This document shows, in pieces, positions 37,996 through 49,167 of a stretch of DNA of 64,000 nt. Under the pieces are notes generated by a model that had not been told where the DNA came from, searched no databases, and saw only the letters and a program-made list of their open reading frames with translations. Position 1 is the first letter of the stretch. Every line of letters begins with the position of its first letter. Origin of the DNA: Minisyncoccia bacterium (lineage in GTDB: Bacteria; Patescibacteriota; Minisyncoccia; Phycocordibacterales; UBA9973); NCBI GenBank assembly GCA_965656375.1, contig CBFHKH010000001.1:345319-409318 (forward strand), written 5' to 3'. The position numbers were made by a program, and so were the translations under genes.

Positions 37996-39031
37996 CTTGA
38001 TCGAGAATTTTGATGAGTGCAAGCTGAAGCGGGAGCTCACGTATCACGGACGTACGAAGTGACTGATACGAATCAAGGAGAATTGAAAGTGCTCGTGATG
38101 ATATATGCTCTGGTTTTGAAGCGATCAGTTTTTCAAGATATTCAAAATTCTTTTCAGTGAGGGACTCTCGGATGGATTTTTTCGAACCTGGAGCATACCG
38201 AAGCATCAATGCATAGCGAAATTTTGAAAGAATCATTTTCAAATAAACATGCATTTCGATGTTTTGCTTCCCTGCTTTCTCGATCGCATCAAAACCTTTA
38301 CCAATATCAGGATCAACAAGTGCTTGCAAGAATTCATCTACTAAGGCCTCGTTTGGCGCACCTGTGATTTGTTCAATTTCGGCCAGGCGGATTGTCTTTC
38401 CAGTGGTAAATGATATTACTTTTTGCAACGTACCGAGCGCATCACGAAACGCTCCATCTGAAAGAAGCGCTATGAGTTCTGCTGCCCCTTCCTCGAGCGT
38501 GTAGCCTTCTTTTTTTGCTGTAGCAGTAATAACTGAAGAAAGCACTGCATCTGTTGGTTTATTTAGAGAAAATGTCTGACAGCGAGACACAATAGTGTCA
38601 GGAACTTTATCGAGTTCCGTTGTTGCTAATATAAATATCACATGTGCTGGAGGCTCTTCAATAGTTTTCAAAAGAGCATTCCATGCATCCTTGGTGAACA
38701 TATGCACTTCATCAAGAATATAAATTTTGTATTTTGAATCAAATGGCATTGTATTCACACTCTCACGAATTTCGCGAATATCATCAATACCACGATTAGA
38801 AGCGGCATCCATTTCATATACATCATTGGGAGATGTTCCAAGTTCACGGGCAATGATACGAGCAATTGTAGTTTTACCTGTACCACGAGGGCCACATAGA
38901 AGATACGCATGGGCCACTTTGCCCGCATCGAGAGCTCCAGAAATAGCGCGGACAATATGATCCTGCCCAATTACATCGGCGAATTTCTCCGGTCGGTATT
39001 TCCTATATAATGCAATATTAGAATCTTTCAT
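37985..39031 (-). CDS. dnaX: DNA polymerase III gamma/tau subunit, short form
   Basis: YRKYRP..F.DVIGQ, GPRGTGKTT, DEVHM and SRCQ motifs; 348 aa. Confidence 0.75.
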   Translation of the reverse strand: MKDSNIALYRKYRPEKFADVIGQDHIVRAISGALDAGKVAHAYLLCGPRGTGKTTIARIIARELGTSPNDVYEMDAASNRGIDDIREIRESVNTMPFDSKYKIYILDEVHMFTKDAWNALLKTIEEPPAHVIFILATTELDKVPDTIVSRCQTFSLNKPTDAVLSSVITATAKKEGYTLEEGAAELIALLSDGAFRDALGTLQKVISFTTGKTIRLAEIEQITGAPNEALVDEFLQALVDPDIGKGFDAIEKAGKQNIEMHVYLKMILSKFRYALMLRYAPGSKKSIRESLTEKNFEYLEKLIASKPEHISSRALSILLDSYQSLRTSVIRELPLQLALIKILDQDEK

Positions 39032-39054
39032 GAATGTAGTATAGCAAAAATAAC

Positions 39055-40011
39055 CTAATCCAAGAATTCGCGAACAAGGATTTCGACTTCTCGAGCATTT
39101 TCAGCTTCCATAAGCTTTATGCGAAGTTCTTTAGCCCCATCAAAGCCGTTTACATATGCTTTGTAATGCTTTTTCATAATGGAAAAGTTCTTGAATTTTC
39201 CAAGAAGCTCCTCGAAAAGCTTCGTATGCTCTATCATGACTTCGAGCTTTTCTTCTCTCGTAGGTGTATATCCGCTAAAGAGCCAAGGATTACCAAAAAT
39301 CGCTCTACCGAGCATCACACCATCGCAGCCGGTTTCTTTTACTAATTCTCGCGCATGAGCAATATCACGTGCATCACCATTACCGAGAATCTTTGTCGCA
39401 CATCCCATCTTGTTCCTGATCTCTACTACTTCTCGTACATGCTCCCAACGAGCAGGTACAAGAGACATTTCTTTACGAGTACGCGCATGGATAGTAAGCG
39501 CTGCGATATCTTGTGCGAGCAGAAATGGAATCCATTCATCAATCTGTATCTTATTATATCCGACACGAGTTTTTACAGAGACAGGGATTTCTTTCCCAGC
39601 ATCTTTAATCCCGTCTTTGGCTGCCTGGATCACTAACGCAGCAGATTTTGGATTCTTTATCATTGCAGCTCCTGCACCTTGCTTTTCAATAGATTTGTCC
39701 GGACATCCCATGTTTATATCAATACCGTCAAAACCCAGCTCCGCACAGAGTTTGGCTGCTTCACGCATTTTCTCGGGATGTGAAGTAAAAAGTTGGGCAA
39801 CGATGGGTCGTTCTGCTTCTGTGTACATCAAATCCAATTTCAATACTTCCCGTCCAGGACTTGCCAAGCCATCGGCTGAAACGAATTCCGTCCACGTAAC
39901 ATCTGGCTTGCCGTACGTTGCGATAATACGCCTGAAAGCTCTATCAGTGACATCAGCCATCGGTGCAAGGACAAAAAATGGTGTATTAAGTTTTTCCCAA
40001 AAGTTAGACAT
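39055..40011 (-). CDS. dus: tRNA-dihydrouridine synthase
   Basis: FVLAPMADVTDRAFR motif; TIM-barrel flavoenzyme. Confidence 0.85.
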   Translation of the reverse strand: MSNFWEKLNTPFFVLAPMADVTDRAFRRIIATYGKPDVTWTEFVSADGLASPGREVLKLDLMYTEAERPIVAQLFTSHPEKMREAAKLCAELGFDGIDINMGCPDKSIEKQGAGAAMIKNPKSAALVIQAAKDGIKDAGKEIPVSVKTRVGYNKIQIDEWIPFLLAQDIAALTIHARTRKEMSLVPARWEHVREVVEIRNKMGCATKILGNGDARDIAHARELVKETGCDGVMLGRAIFGNPWLFSGYTPTREEKLEVMIEHTKLFEELLGKFKNFSIMKKHYKAYVNGFDGAKELRIKLMEAENAREVEILVREFLD

Positions 40012-40167
40012 ACTATATTGACTACATATTAAGCATTAAAATAGCTCCTCTCACAGGACACGCGTAAAATCCTGCTGGATTTTCTGCTCCGCTCGGCTCC
40101 AGTCGAGCCTGCGCGAGTTCCTGCTCAAGGACTATTTTAATACCAAATATATAAAGCGCAGAAAACA

Positions 40168-41037
40168 TTACTGAAACTTATAGACAACTTTGTTATTGAA
40201 CCGCAAGTCTATATACAAGAGTGTACTATACTTGGATTTGATTTCATTGGCAAATTCCTGCTTCGCCATTGATGCTCGCAAATTATCGAGCATTGAGAGT
40301 ACCGTATCAGTATTCTTGAATATTATTTTTGGAGAGGTCGCCATATCTGCATGATCGAGATAGAGTGTCCCTGTATCTTCCCCATCTACCACTACATATG
40401 TGGGATCAAGTCCAAGCATAGACACACCGTCAATAAATTGCGCGAGCATATAGAATCGCTCTTTTGCTATCATTTGCTTACCAAGTGGATTCGAAGATTC
40501 ATCTTCAGGAATCTTCATATAATATTTAAAATACACATTACCAGAAAAATACGGCGCTTTATCAAATACGTACCCATCGCTATTTATAAAATAACAATTT
40601 TCCCCGATCTCAGAAACAAGCTCAGGAACAGCCGCTCCACAATACAAGTATGAACCAGAACGCTCAGTGACCGCAACATGAAGCGTTGTAAGATTATCTC
40701 TATAGATAGAGAGGTTCTCGATTCGCGTGTACTCACGAGACAGAGTATCGTAAATTCGTTTACGTGGATAAATAAGGCTATTTGATTTTTTAAAGAGATA
40801 GGCGTATTTACCGGTAAGGTTTTCTCGAACAGTGTCTTCTAAATCTTCAGGATTGATGATGCGTGTACCGCTCACTACTACTGTAGAAATGGTAACGCGA
40901 GGGTGCGCAGAAAAATACGCGAGTGCTCCAACAAATACGACAAAGAGAATCGCAAGAAGTATCAGCATACGTCTTCGGCGTGCGCGACGTTTGCGCTTCA
41001 TGTCTTCTAGGCGAGGTGATGTGAGAGTATCTCGCAT
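40168..41037 (-). CDS. ftsQ: cell-division protein FtsQ/DivIB-like (TM segment plus POTRA domain)
   Basis: Basic N-terminus, a single TM segment, POTRA-like VVVSGTRIINPEDL. Confidence 0.5.
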   Translation of the reverse strand: MRDTLTSPRLEDMKRKRRARRRRMLILLAILFVVFVGALAYFSAHPRVTISTVVVSGTRIINPEDLEDTVRENLTGKYAYLFKKSNSLIYPRKRIYDTLSREYTRIENLSIYRDNLTTLHVAVTERSGSYLYCGAAVPELVSEIGENCYFINSDGYVFDKAPYFSGNVYFKYYMKIPEDESSNPLGKQMIAKERFYMLAQFIDGVSMLGLDPTYVVVDGEDTGTLYLDHADMATSPKIIFKNTDTVLSMLDNLRASMAKQEFANEIKSKYSTLLYIDLRFNNKVVYKFQ

Positions 41038-41045
41038 AGCATATA

Positions 41046-42308
41046 TTAGGAAATAGTGTCCTTACCGAAGTATTTCTGAAGCACCTCTGGAATTTTAATA
41101 CTCCCGTCTGCTTGTTGGAAATTCTCTACGAGAGATACAAGTATGCGCGGAGTGGGAATCGCTGTTGCGTTTAGGGAATGAGTATATCGTATTTTTCCGA
41201 GCTCGTCCTTATATCTGATACCAAGTCTCCGTGTTTGAAAATCGTGGAAATACGAGGCTGAAGATATTTCACGATACGTCTCCTCTTTTGGAACCCACAG
41301 ATTCGTATCATTCATCCGAACTTTTGCAAACCCCATGTCTCCAGTGCATGCATCTACAACTTGATATGGAATACCAAGTGATTGAATAAAGTCTTCAGTA
41401 TTCTTCTGTATTTCTTTATGTTGTTTAACCGATTCATCGTGGCTGCCTTCACAGAGAATCACTTGTTCAAACTTATAGAATTCATGAACCCGAATAAGGC
41501 CTTTTACATCTTTTGCATGACTTCCCGCTTCAAGACGGTAGCACGGAGAGAATCCAAGCATCTTTACAGGGAGCTTTGATTTATCGAGTACTTCATCCAT
41601 ATACATACCCATCAAAGGAACTTCTGATGTACCAACAAAATAAGATCCATCTTGCGCTTTATAGATATCCGCTTCTCCCTGAGGGATAAACGCACAACCG
41701 AGAAGTGATTCACGCTTTGTATTGATTGGAGGAATAATTGGATTGAATCCACGAGTGGTCCAAAAATCAAGCGCATAATTCCATATCGCAAAACAAAGCT
41801 TTACCCCCTCACCCATAAGAAAGTATCCGCGGAAACCATGAACTTTCGTACCACGTTCAAGATCAAGCATACCGAGCTTGGTCATTATCTCTATATGGTC
41901 CTTTGGTTCAAAATCAAATACGGGTTTATCACCCCAGGTAGTGACTACTACATTTTCTTCTTCAGATTCCCCAAGCGGAGCTGTCGGCTCTGGAACATTC
42001 GGGACTTGGAGCATCAAAGACTGCCACTCAGTCATAAGCGAAACAAGTTCCTCCTCTTCTTTTTTGAAATCTTCTTTGACTAATCGCATCTCTTCGATCA
42101 TCTGCATTCTCCTAGTCTCGTCTTTTTCCATAGCGATAGAAGAGTTCATTTTGTTTTGCTCAGCACGAAGATCTTCTGTCTTTTTCATGCTTTCCAGACG
42201 CCTATCGTCAAGCGTAAGTAACCGATCAATATTAACATCTACATGCTTTTTCTTAGCACCTTCTATGACAATGTCTTTATTTTCGCGGATGAATTTAATA
42301 TCTAACAT
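41046..42308 (-). CDS. serS: seryl-tRNA synthetase
   Basis: N-terminal coiled coil and class II motifs; 420 aa. Confidence 0.95.
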   Translation of the reverse strand: MLDIKFIRENKDIVIEGAKKKHVDVNIDRLLTLDDRRLESMKKTEDLRAEQNKMNSSIAMEKDETRRMQMIEEMRLVKEDFKKEEEELVSLMTEWQSLMLQVPNVPEPTAPLGESEEENVVVTTWGDKPVFDFEPKDHIEIMTKLGMLDLERGTKVHGFRGYFLMGEGVKLCFAIWNYALDFWTTRGFNPIIPPINTKRESLLGCAFIPQGEADIYKAQDGSYFVGTSEVPLMGMYMDEVLDKSKLPVKMLGFSPCYRLEAGSHAKDVKGLIRVHEFYKFEQVILCEGSHDESVKQHKEIQKNTEDFIQSLGIPYQVVDACTGDMGFAKVRMNDTNLWVPKEETYREISSASYFHDFQTRRLGIRYKDELGKIRYTHSLNATAIPTPRILVSLVENFQQADGSIKIPEVLQKYFGKDTIS

Positions 42309-42412
42309 ATAGTCTCAGTATATAGAAATTTGGTCTAATTAACAAATTATATATTTCGCTTTGAGTATTCGGTTTAGAAGTTCATTAACGAGATACATAT
42401 AGAGTAAATAGA

Positions 42413-43276
42413 ATGCATGATATCATAAAATTAAAATACAAACAGTTTCCCAAAGCATTGCTTGAAATACCTCAACCACCCACGGAGCTCTATATGCAAG
42501 GAGTGTTGCCTCCCGAAGAGTACATTCATTTGGCTGTCGTTGGTTCGCGTAAACATACTTCGTACGGGAGAGATGTATGCGAAAAATTGATTAAGGGATT
42601 AAAAGGATACCCTATCGTTATCGTTTCGGGGCTTGCACTTGGAATTGATTCGATCGCCCATCGTACGGCACTCTCAGTAGGCCTTATCACACTTGCTATG
42701 CCTGGTTCTGGGCTCGACAGAAGGGCACTCTATCCAAAGACAAACGTACGACTTGCGGACGAAATAATAGAAAGTGGTGGATGTATACTCTCTGAATTCC
42801 CGCCACTTTTAAAAGCCGAACTCTATACATTCCCCAAGCGCAATAGATTGATGGCTGGAATATCAAAAGCAACGCTGGTCATCGAGGCAGCGGAGAAATC
42901 AGGAACACTGATCACTGCTCGAATGGCACTTGATTACAATCGTGATGTATTAGTCGTACCTGGGTCAATATTTTCTTCTACATCAAGTGGTACGAATAAA
43001 CTGATCCATCAAGGAGCAACCCCCATAACTACCAGTGAAGATATACTAGAAGCACTTGGGTTTGAAATAGAGCGCCCAAAACAAACTGACAAAGAAAAGT
43101 ATGCGGATTGTTCACCAGAAGAAATGAAACTCATTGGGCTTCTCAGTGAACCAATAGAACGTGATCTACTTATCCGAGAATCCGGCATGGACACTCCCAC
43201 CGCCAATGCCCTCCTTTCTATAATGGAAATAAAAGAATTGATCAAAGAAGAATTCGGTGAAATACGAAAACTATAA
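42413..43276 (+). CDS. dprA: DNA-processing protein DprA/Smf
   Basis: AVVGSRKHTSYG...SGLALGIDSIAH motifs. Confidence 0.85.
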   Translation: MHDIIKLKYKQFPKALLEIPQPPTELYMQGVLPPEEYIHLAVVGSRKHTSYGRDVCEKLIKGLKGYPIVIVSGLALGIDSIAHRTALSVGLITLAMPGSGLDRRALYPKTNVRLADEIIESGGCILSEFPPLLKAELYTFPKRNRLMAGISKATLVIEAAEKSGTLITARMALDYNRDVLVVPGSIFSSTSSGTNKLIHQGATPITTSEDILEALGFEIERPKQTDKEKYADCSPEEMKLIGLLSEPIERDLLIRESGMDTPTANALLSIMEIKELIKEEFGEIRKL

Positions 43277-43281
43277 CTGTT

Positions 43282-44073
43282 TTAGATTTCAATCTCACCT
43301 ATAAATACAGTTTCTGCAGGACCACGCATTATAACTTCACCATTTTCACTTGAAGACATGTAAAGAGATCCTCCGGGTAAATGGATGGTAGCTTCGTCCT
43401 TAATCATTCCTTTTTTTCGTGCAAGTGAATAAACCCCGACTGCACCTGTCCCGCAGGCAAGAGTCGCACCGGAACCTCGCTCCCAAACCCGCATCATAAG
43501 CTCACTATCTGATAGTTTTTCAACAAAGTGAACATTTATCTTGTGAGGAAAATGTGTATCAGATTCTACACGCGGACCAACAGAAGAGAGATCCACACTA
43601 TCGATAGTATCCATAAAAGTAATCGCGTGAGGATTCCCCACTGAAACACACTCGAAAGTAAAACCATCAATATCGACTGGTTCATGTGGAAAATCTGAAT
43701 GTATAAATAAAGGCACTCCCATAGCGACCGAATATGTCGTATCGTCGTGACAGAGGACTTCCTTTATTCCAGATCTCGTATCGATTTGAAGTAAAGTCTT
43801 CTCACTTGAAATATTCTCTCTGAAAAATTGTGCGGTGCATCGTATTCCATTGCCACACATTTCAGCAAAGCTACCGTCGGCATTTATATAATTCATAAAA
43901 CAATCGGCTCCTTCACTACCCTCTACAAGGATTACACCATCAGCGCCGATGCCAGTGTATCTGCTGCACATCAATCGCACATCACTCTCTTGTAGGGTTA
44001 TATCGCCATTCATATTGTTTATCATGATGAAATCATTACCGAGCCCGTGCATTTTTATAAATTCAATACGCAT
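43282..44073 (-). CDS. dapF: diaminopimelate epimerase
   Basis: MHGLGNDF, with Cys in the GNGIRC motif. Confidence 0.9.
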   Translation of the reverse strand: MRIEFIKMHGLGNDFIMINNMNGDITLQESDVRLMCSRYTGIGADGVILVEGSEGADCFMNYINADGSFAEMCGNGIRCTAQFFRENISSEKTLLQIDTRSGIKEVLCHDDTTYSVAMGVPLFIHSDFPHEPVDIDGFTFECVSVGNPHAITFMDTIDSVDLSSVGPRVESDTHFPHKINVHFVEKLSDSELMMRVWERGSGATLACGTGAVGVYSLARKKGMIKDEATIHLPGGSLYMSSSENGEVIMRGPAETVFIGEIEI

Positions 44074-44161
44074 ACAGAGAGTATAACAGAAATAAATCGA
44101 GAGAAATATGAACCCTACAGTTGAAAGATATTTGCCAAAAAATTAACTTTCGTGTAATACT

Positions 44162-46414
44162 ATGGCACATATGAAACTTTTGATCGTCGAGTCGCCATCG
44201 AAAGCAAAGACTATCGAGAAATATCTTGATGGTGCTTTTACCGTACGCGCATCTGTTGGCCATATTCGTGATTTACCAAAATCAAACAAGGCAGCGATCG
44301 ATATTCCAGCTGGATTCGTACCTCACTATGAAATATCCAAGGGTAAAGAAAAGGTTGTCCATGAACTTGCCACTCTCGCAAGAAGCGCTAGTGAGGTGAT
44401 GCTCGCAACTGACCCGGATCGTGAAGGTGAAGCGATTGCATGGCATATAGAGGAACTGCTTCACGCAGACAAAAAAGTAAAAGCTCCTATCAAACGAGTT
44501 ACATTTCATGAAATTACCAAAGAGGCGGTAGAGGAAGCCCTCAAGGCTCCACGTGATATCGATACAAACCTCCGCAAAGCACAAGAGGCCCGTCGCGTGC
44601 TTGATCGACTCGTCGGGTATGATCTCTCTGGTATCATCTGGAAAAAAGTCCGCTACGGTCTCTCTGCAGGACGTGTCCAATCCCCTGCGCTTCGTATCAT
44701 CATGGAGCGTGAACGTGAAATCCGAGCATTCATTCCCGAGCAGTATTGGGTACTCGAAGGATTATTTGAAACTCACAAAAAAGAAAAGATCACTCTTTCA
44801 TGTACCGATGAACCTCGTGATCGAGCCATCGTAGACACAATCCTCACACTTGGAGAGAAAGAAAAATGGTATGTTAAAGATCTAAAGACTTCTGAACAGA
44901 AGCGTAGTCCGCGTGCTCCGTTTACTACTTCCACGCTTCAGCAGACAGCAAGTACTCGACTAGGTTTTTCTCCTTCACGCACTATGCAGGTTGCTCAGAA
45001 GCTCTATGAACAAGGATTTATCACCTATATGCGTACCGATAGTACAAACCTCGCAGCAACTGCACAAGAACAGATCAAAAAAGTTATTGAGAAGAAATAC
45101 GGCATAGATCAAGCAGAGCCTCGCGTATACAAAACCAAATCAAAAAATGCCCAAGAAGCCCACGAAGCTATTCGTCCAACCCACATTGATTCAATGAACG
45201 AAGGATCAAATGATGAACAAAAACGATTGTATCGCCTTATCTGGGAGCGAACGGTATCATCACAGATGGTGGATGCGAAACTTATGAAGACGAAGATCGT
45301 AGCAAATATAAAAGAAGGCACCCTGCCTGCGCAGGCAGATATTCCCGACTTTACTGCTAATGGCTCACGAGTACTCTCACCGGGATGGCTTGCAGTCGAT
45401 ACTGAAGCTCGTGGTGAAGATGTAGAACTTCCACTTGTAGAAATCGGCGAGGAATTAAAACTACTTGAACTCAAAGATATAGAGAAATTCACCGAGCCAC
45501 CAAATCGCTATACAGAAGCTGGTCTTGTCAAAGAACTCGAAGCCCGCGGCATTGGACGCCCAAGTACCTACGCATCGATCATGCGTACTATAGAAGAGCG
45601 CGGATATGTCACAAAAGAAGGACGAACACTTTTCCCGACTGATACCGGCGATGTCGTCTCAAGTTTCCTTGAGAACAACTTTAAAGAATATATCAGTGAT
45701 ACTTTTACAGCAGAATTGGAAGATGAGCTTGATGATATCTCAAACGGTGTGCGCGAATATGAAAAAACATTAAAGGATTTCTATATCCCATTTCAGAAAG
45801 ATTTGAAGGAAAAAGACAAGCTCGCCAAAGCTACAAATATGGGCGAAGCTCCAGCCGATATGAAATGCCCAAAATGCGGTGGAGATATGATCATCAAACT
45901 TGCTCGAAACGGTAAATTCTACTCTTGTGCGAAATATCCAGAATGCGATGGCGCGCGTACAATAGAAGGACTCGAGCTCGAAGGTCCAAAAGAGACTGGT
46001 GAGATGTGTCCACTCTGTGGAGAGAAGAAAGGTAAATCAGGCGGAGGAAAGCTTGTTGTCAGACAGGGTAAATTCGGAGCATTTATCTCCTGTTCACGAT
46101 ATCCTAAATGTAAATTCATAAAAGAAGACGAGGAAGAAAAGAAAAAGAAAATGACCGATGTAGACTGCCCAGTGTGCAAGAAAGGTAAGATGATGGAGCG
46201 ACGCGGTCGATTCGGAATTTTCTACTCATGTTCGAACTACCCAGATTGTAAGAACGCAATAAAAGCAAAGCCGACTGGTCGCATCTGTGACCTCTGCGGC
46301 TCACTCATGATGGAAGGGACGAAGACTATCCCGGAACGCTGTAGTAACAAGATGTGTCAAATGCATAACCCTCATAAGATCGGTGAAGATATAAAAAAGA
46401 CAAAGAAAAAATAA
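44162..46414 (+). CDS. topA: DNA topoisomerase I with C-terminal C4 zinc ribbons
   Basis: TOPRIM domain LLIVESPSKAKTI; three CxxC...CxxC ribbons. Confidence 0.95.
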   Translation: MAHMKLLIVESPSKAKTIEKYLDGAFTVRASVGHIRDLPKSNKAAIDIPAGFVPHYEISKGKEKVVHELATLARSASEVMLATDPDREGEAIAWHIEELLHADKKVKAPIKRVTFHEITKEAVEEALKAPRDIDTNLRKAQEARRVLDRLVGYDLSGIIWKKVRYGLSAGRVQSPALRIIMEREREIRAFIPEQYWVLEGLFETHKKEKITLSCTDEPRDRAIVDTILTLGEKEKWYVKDLKTSEQKRSPRAPFTTSTLQQTASTRLGFSPSRTMQVAQKLYEQGFITYMRTDSTNLAATAQEQIKKVIEKKYGIDQAEPRVYKTKSKNAQEAHEAIRPTHIDSMNEGSNDEQKRLYRLIWERTVSSQMVDAKLMKTKIVANIKEGTLPAQADIPDFTANGSRVLSPGWLAVDTEARGEDVELPLVEIGEELKLLELKDIEKFTEPPNRYTEAGLVKELEARGIGRPSTYASIMRTIEERGYVTKEGRTLFPTDTGDVVSSFLENNFKEYISDTFTAELEDELDDISNGVREYEKTLKDFYIPFQKDLKEKDKLAKATNMGEAPADMKCPKCGGDMIIKLARNGKFYSCAKYPECDGARTIEGLELEGPKETGEMCPLCGEKKGKSGGGKLVVRQGKFGAFISCSRYPKCKFIKEDEEEKKKKMTDVDCPVCKKGKMMERRGRFGIFYSCSNYPDCKNAIKAKPTGRICDLCGSLMMEGTKTIPERCSNKMCQMHNPHKIGEDIKKTKKK

Positions 46415-46426
46415 AACTTTCGTAAA

Positions 46427-47932
46427 TTGAAGGCGTACGCTATACTCAAGTATATGCCTCATAGTAAAGACATTACATCCCTTCTCCACGGATTAAACAC
46501 TGAAGATACAAAGCTCATAGAAAAAGCTTATGTGTTCGCTGAAAAAGCGCATCAGGGGCAAAAGCGTAACAGCGGTGAACCGTATTTCAATCACGTTTTT
46601 GAGACTGCAAAGATTCTTGCAGAATTCGGAATGGATACAAAAACAATCGTCGCAGGCCTTCTCCACGATGTACTCGAGGATACTCCGACTGAAGAAAAAA
46701 CATTAGAGGATGAATTCGGTGAAGAGATCGTTCTTTTAGTTAATGGAGTGACAAAACTCGGTAAAATGAAGTACACAGGAACGGAACGCCATGTTGAATC
46801 TCTGCGTAAGTTTTTCATGGCAATGGCAAATGACTTACGGATTCTCATTATCAAACTTGCAGACCGATTGCACAATGTGCGCACCTTACAGTATGTAAAG
46901 CCGGAGAAGCAAAAGCGCATCGCACTTGAAACGATTGAGATTCATGCTCGCCTTGCTGATCGCATCGGCATGCACAAACTAAAAGGAGAGCTCGAAGATG
47001 CGGCATTCCCGTATGTGTACCCAAAGGAATACAAAGATATAGAAAAATTGCTCGAACTCAATTCAAAGAGTAATCAGAAAGAGCTCGACCGAGTAAGCAA
47101 TGAACTCAAAGAAACGTTAGCCGAACAGAATGTAAAAGTCATAGAAATAAGTGCTCGTGCCAAGCATAAATACAGCCTCTGGATGAAAGTAAAGCGATAC
47201 GGAATGGACATCGAAAAAATCTATGACATTGTCGCACTACGAGTTATCGTGGATGACATAGAAAATTGCTACCGAGTGCTTGGTATCATCCATGGCCTTT
47301 TCCAACCTGTCCCAGGCCGCATTAAGGATTATATCGCTACTCCAAAGAGAAATGGCTATCGATCGCTCCATACGACAATATTTACGGGTAATGGTGGCGT
47401 AGTAGAAATCCAAATTCGAACTCCACAAATGCACGCTGAAGCTGCGTACGGTATTGCTGCGCACTTTATCTATAAAGAAATGGGCAAAGGAGCACATAGT
47501 GCAAATAGTGAGAATATAAACAAGAAGCTCGAATGGATTGATCAATTGAAAGAACTTCACAAGATCGTGGACAAGCCAGCTCAATTCCTCGAACATTTGA
47601 AAATGGATCTCTTCCAGGATAGGATTTTCGTATTCACACCAAAAGGAGATGTTGTGGATTTGCCATTTGATTCGAGCCCTATTGATTTTGCATATGCAAT
47701 CCACTCAGATATTGGTAACCATGCTCAAAGTGCAAATATAAACAACAAGATGGCACCACTTCATACCAAACTAAAAAACAATGATATCGTAGAGATCATT
47801 GTGAACAAGAAAGCAAATCCTTCGAGCAAATGGCTTGATTATACAAAGACGACCATGGCAAAAAAGCATATCAATACATACCTCAAAGACCATAGTCTCC
47901 TATCAAGATTCCTCTCATTCGGCAAGAATTAG
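46427..47932 (+). CDS. rel: (p)ppGpp synthetase/hydrolase of the RelA/SpoT family, short form (HD + synthetase + TGS domains, no ACT domain)
   Basis: HD motif LLHDVLEDT, synthetase core RSLHTTI, TGS domain; 501 aa. Confidence 0.85.
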   Translation: MKAYAILKYMPHSKDITSLLHGLNTEDTKLIEKAYVFAEKAHQGQKRNSGEPYFNHVFETAKILAEFGMDTKTIVAGLLHDVLEDTPTEEKTLEDEFGEEIVLLVNGVTKLGKMKYTGTERHVESLRKFFMAMANDLRILIIKLADRLHNVRTLQYVKPEKQKRIALETIEIHARLADRIGMHKLKGELEDAAFPYVYPKEYKDIEKLLELNSKSNQKELDRVSNELKETLAEQNVKVIEISARAKHKYSLWMKVKRYGMDIEKIYDIVALRVIVDDIENCYRVLGIIHGLFQPVPGRIKDYIATPKRNGYRSLHTTIFTGNGGVVEIQIRTPQMHAEAAYGIAAHFIYKEMGKGAHSANSENINKKLEWIDQLKELHKIVDKPAQFLEHLKMDLFQDRIFVFTPKGDVVDLPFDSSPIDFAYAIHSDIGNHAQSANINNKMAPLHTKLKNNDIVEIIVNKKANPSSKWLDYTKTTMAKKHINTYLKDHSLLSRFLSFGKN

Positions 47933-48936
47933 ACTGAGAAATTCTTGATATTGTAGAGATCAGTTTCTTCTTCAGCTTCTTTGATCTCATCAATACTTCT
48001 GTCATCAAGAAGCTTCCCTTCATCTTCACGAGCAACTTCTGGTACTGCTTCGGTAAATTCTGGAGTTTGCGTAGCGATAAACTTCTCGAGCATTTCATTC
48101 GGATTTTTTTCCTGATTTGATTTCAAGAGATCTAGAATTGTACGGAGATCTTCATTTGAGAAAAAGTCGATCATGATCTGCCCACCATTTTCTCTGCGGT
48201 CAATATGCACTCGAGTACCAAGAGTTTCTTGTAATTTATCTTCAAGATCTGCAAGTTCTGGATCTGGTAAGTACTGCTTTTTGCGGATGCGATCTACTGC
48301 AATTCTACGTGCAATCTTTTCGGCATCGCGAACGGTCATCTTTTTAAACATGATTTCTTTGAAAAGAACCATTTGCTCTTCAGGCCGGTCAGCAAGCATA
48401 AGTATCGGCCGAGTATGACCTTCAGTAATTTTTTGCTCTGAAAGTGCGTCGAGAATTTCTTGTGGGAGAGAAAGAAGGCGCATAGTATTAGACACATGTT
48501 CACGACTCTTCCCTACCTTTGCACCGATCTGATTGTGAGTAAATTTGAATTCTTCAGCCAAACGGAAAAATGCTCGAGCACGCTCTACAGGATTAAGATC
48601 TTCACGCTGCAAGTTCTCGATAATAGCGAGCTCAAGCTTTGCCATGTTATCATCGCCAACGCGGATAATTACTGGAACCTGATCAAGTCCTGCAAGCTTT
48701 GACGCACGCAAACGACGTTCACCAGCGATGAGCTCGTATTCAACTACAATACCGCCATCTTCTGTAACAACTTCACTACGTGACACGGTAAGCGGTTGAA
48801 GAACCCCATATTGGCGAATAGAGTCAGAAAGATCGCGAAGTCGCGCTTCATCGAACTCACGACGAGGCTGAAATGGATTTGGTTTTACTTTATCGACATC
48901 AACCCAGAAGATTGAATTGCTATATAACTGTGACAT
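47929..48936 (-). CDS. parB: chromosome partitioning protein ParB/Spo0J
   Basis: GERRLRA motif, HTH and an acidic C-terminus; no parA in the window. Confidence 0.85.
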   Translation of the reverse strand: MSQLYSNSIFWVDVDKVKPNPFQPRREFDEARLRDLSDSIRQYGVLQPLTVSRSEVVTEDGGIVVEYELIAGERRLRASKLAGLDQVPVIIRVGDDNMAKLELAIIENLQREDLNPVERARAFFRLAEEFKFTHNQIGAKVGKSREHVSNTMRLLSLPQEILDALSEQKITEGHTRPILMLADRPEEQMVLFKEIMFKKMTVRDAEKIARRIAVDRIRKKQYLPDPELADLEDKLQETLGTRVHIDRRENGGQIMIDFFSNEDLRTILDLLKSNQEKNPNEMLEKFIATQTPEFTEAVPEVAREDEGKLLDDRSIDEIKEAEEETDLYNIKNFSV

Positions 48937-49015
48937 AGGTCCTATTTTAGCATGTTTTTACTCTGTTGAAAAATGAAAAAACTCATCATATATGATGAGT
49001 TTTTTCATTTTTTTG

Positions 49016-49098
49016 TGCGCCGGGGAGGATTCGAACCTCCGTAGGCCGAAGCCGACAGATTTACAGTCTGTTGTAATTGACCACTCTACCACCGACGC
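49016..49098 (-). tRNA. tRNA-Tyr (anticodon GUA), class II with a long variable arm
   Basis: Acceptor GCGTCGG/CCGGCGC, anticodon loop CTGTAAA, variable arm GGCTTCGGCC, T-loop TTCGAAT. Confidence 0.85.
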
Positions 49099-49141
49099 AT
49101 AGAGGAGAGTATACAGCATCTAACTCAATTTTTCAACATAA

Positions 49142-49166
49142 AAGCCTCCTAAAAAAGGAGGCTTTT
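49142..49166 (-). terminator. clpB terminator AAAGCCTCC-TAAAAAA-GGAGGCTTT
   Basis: 9-bp stem immediately 3' of the stop codon. Confidence 0.5.
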
Positions 49167-49167
49167 A

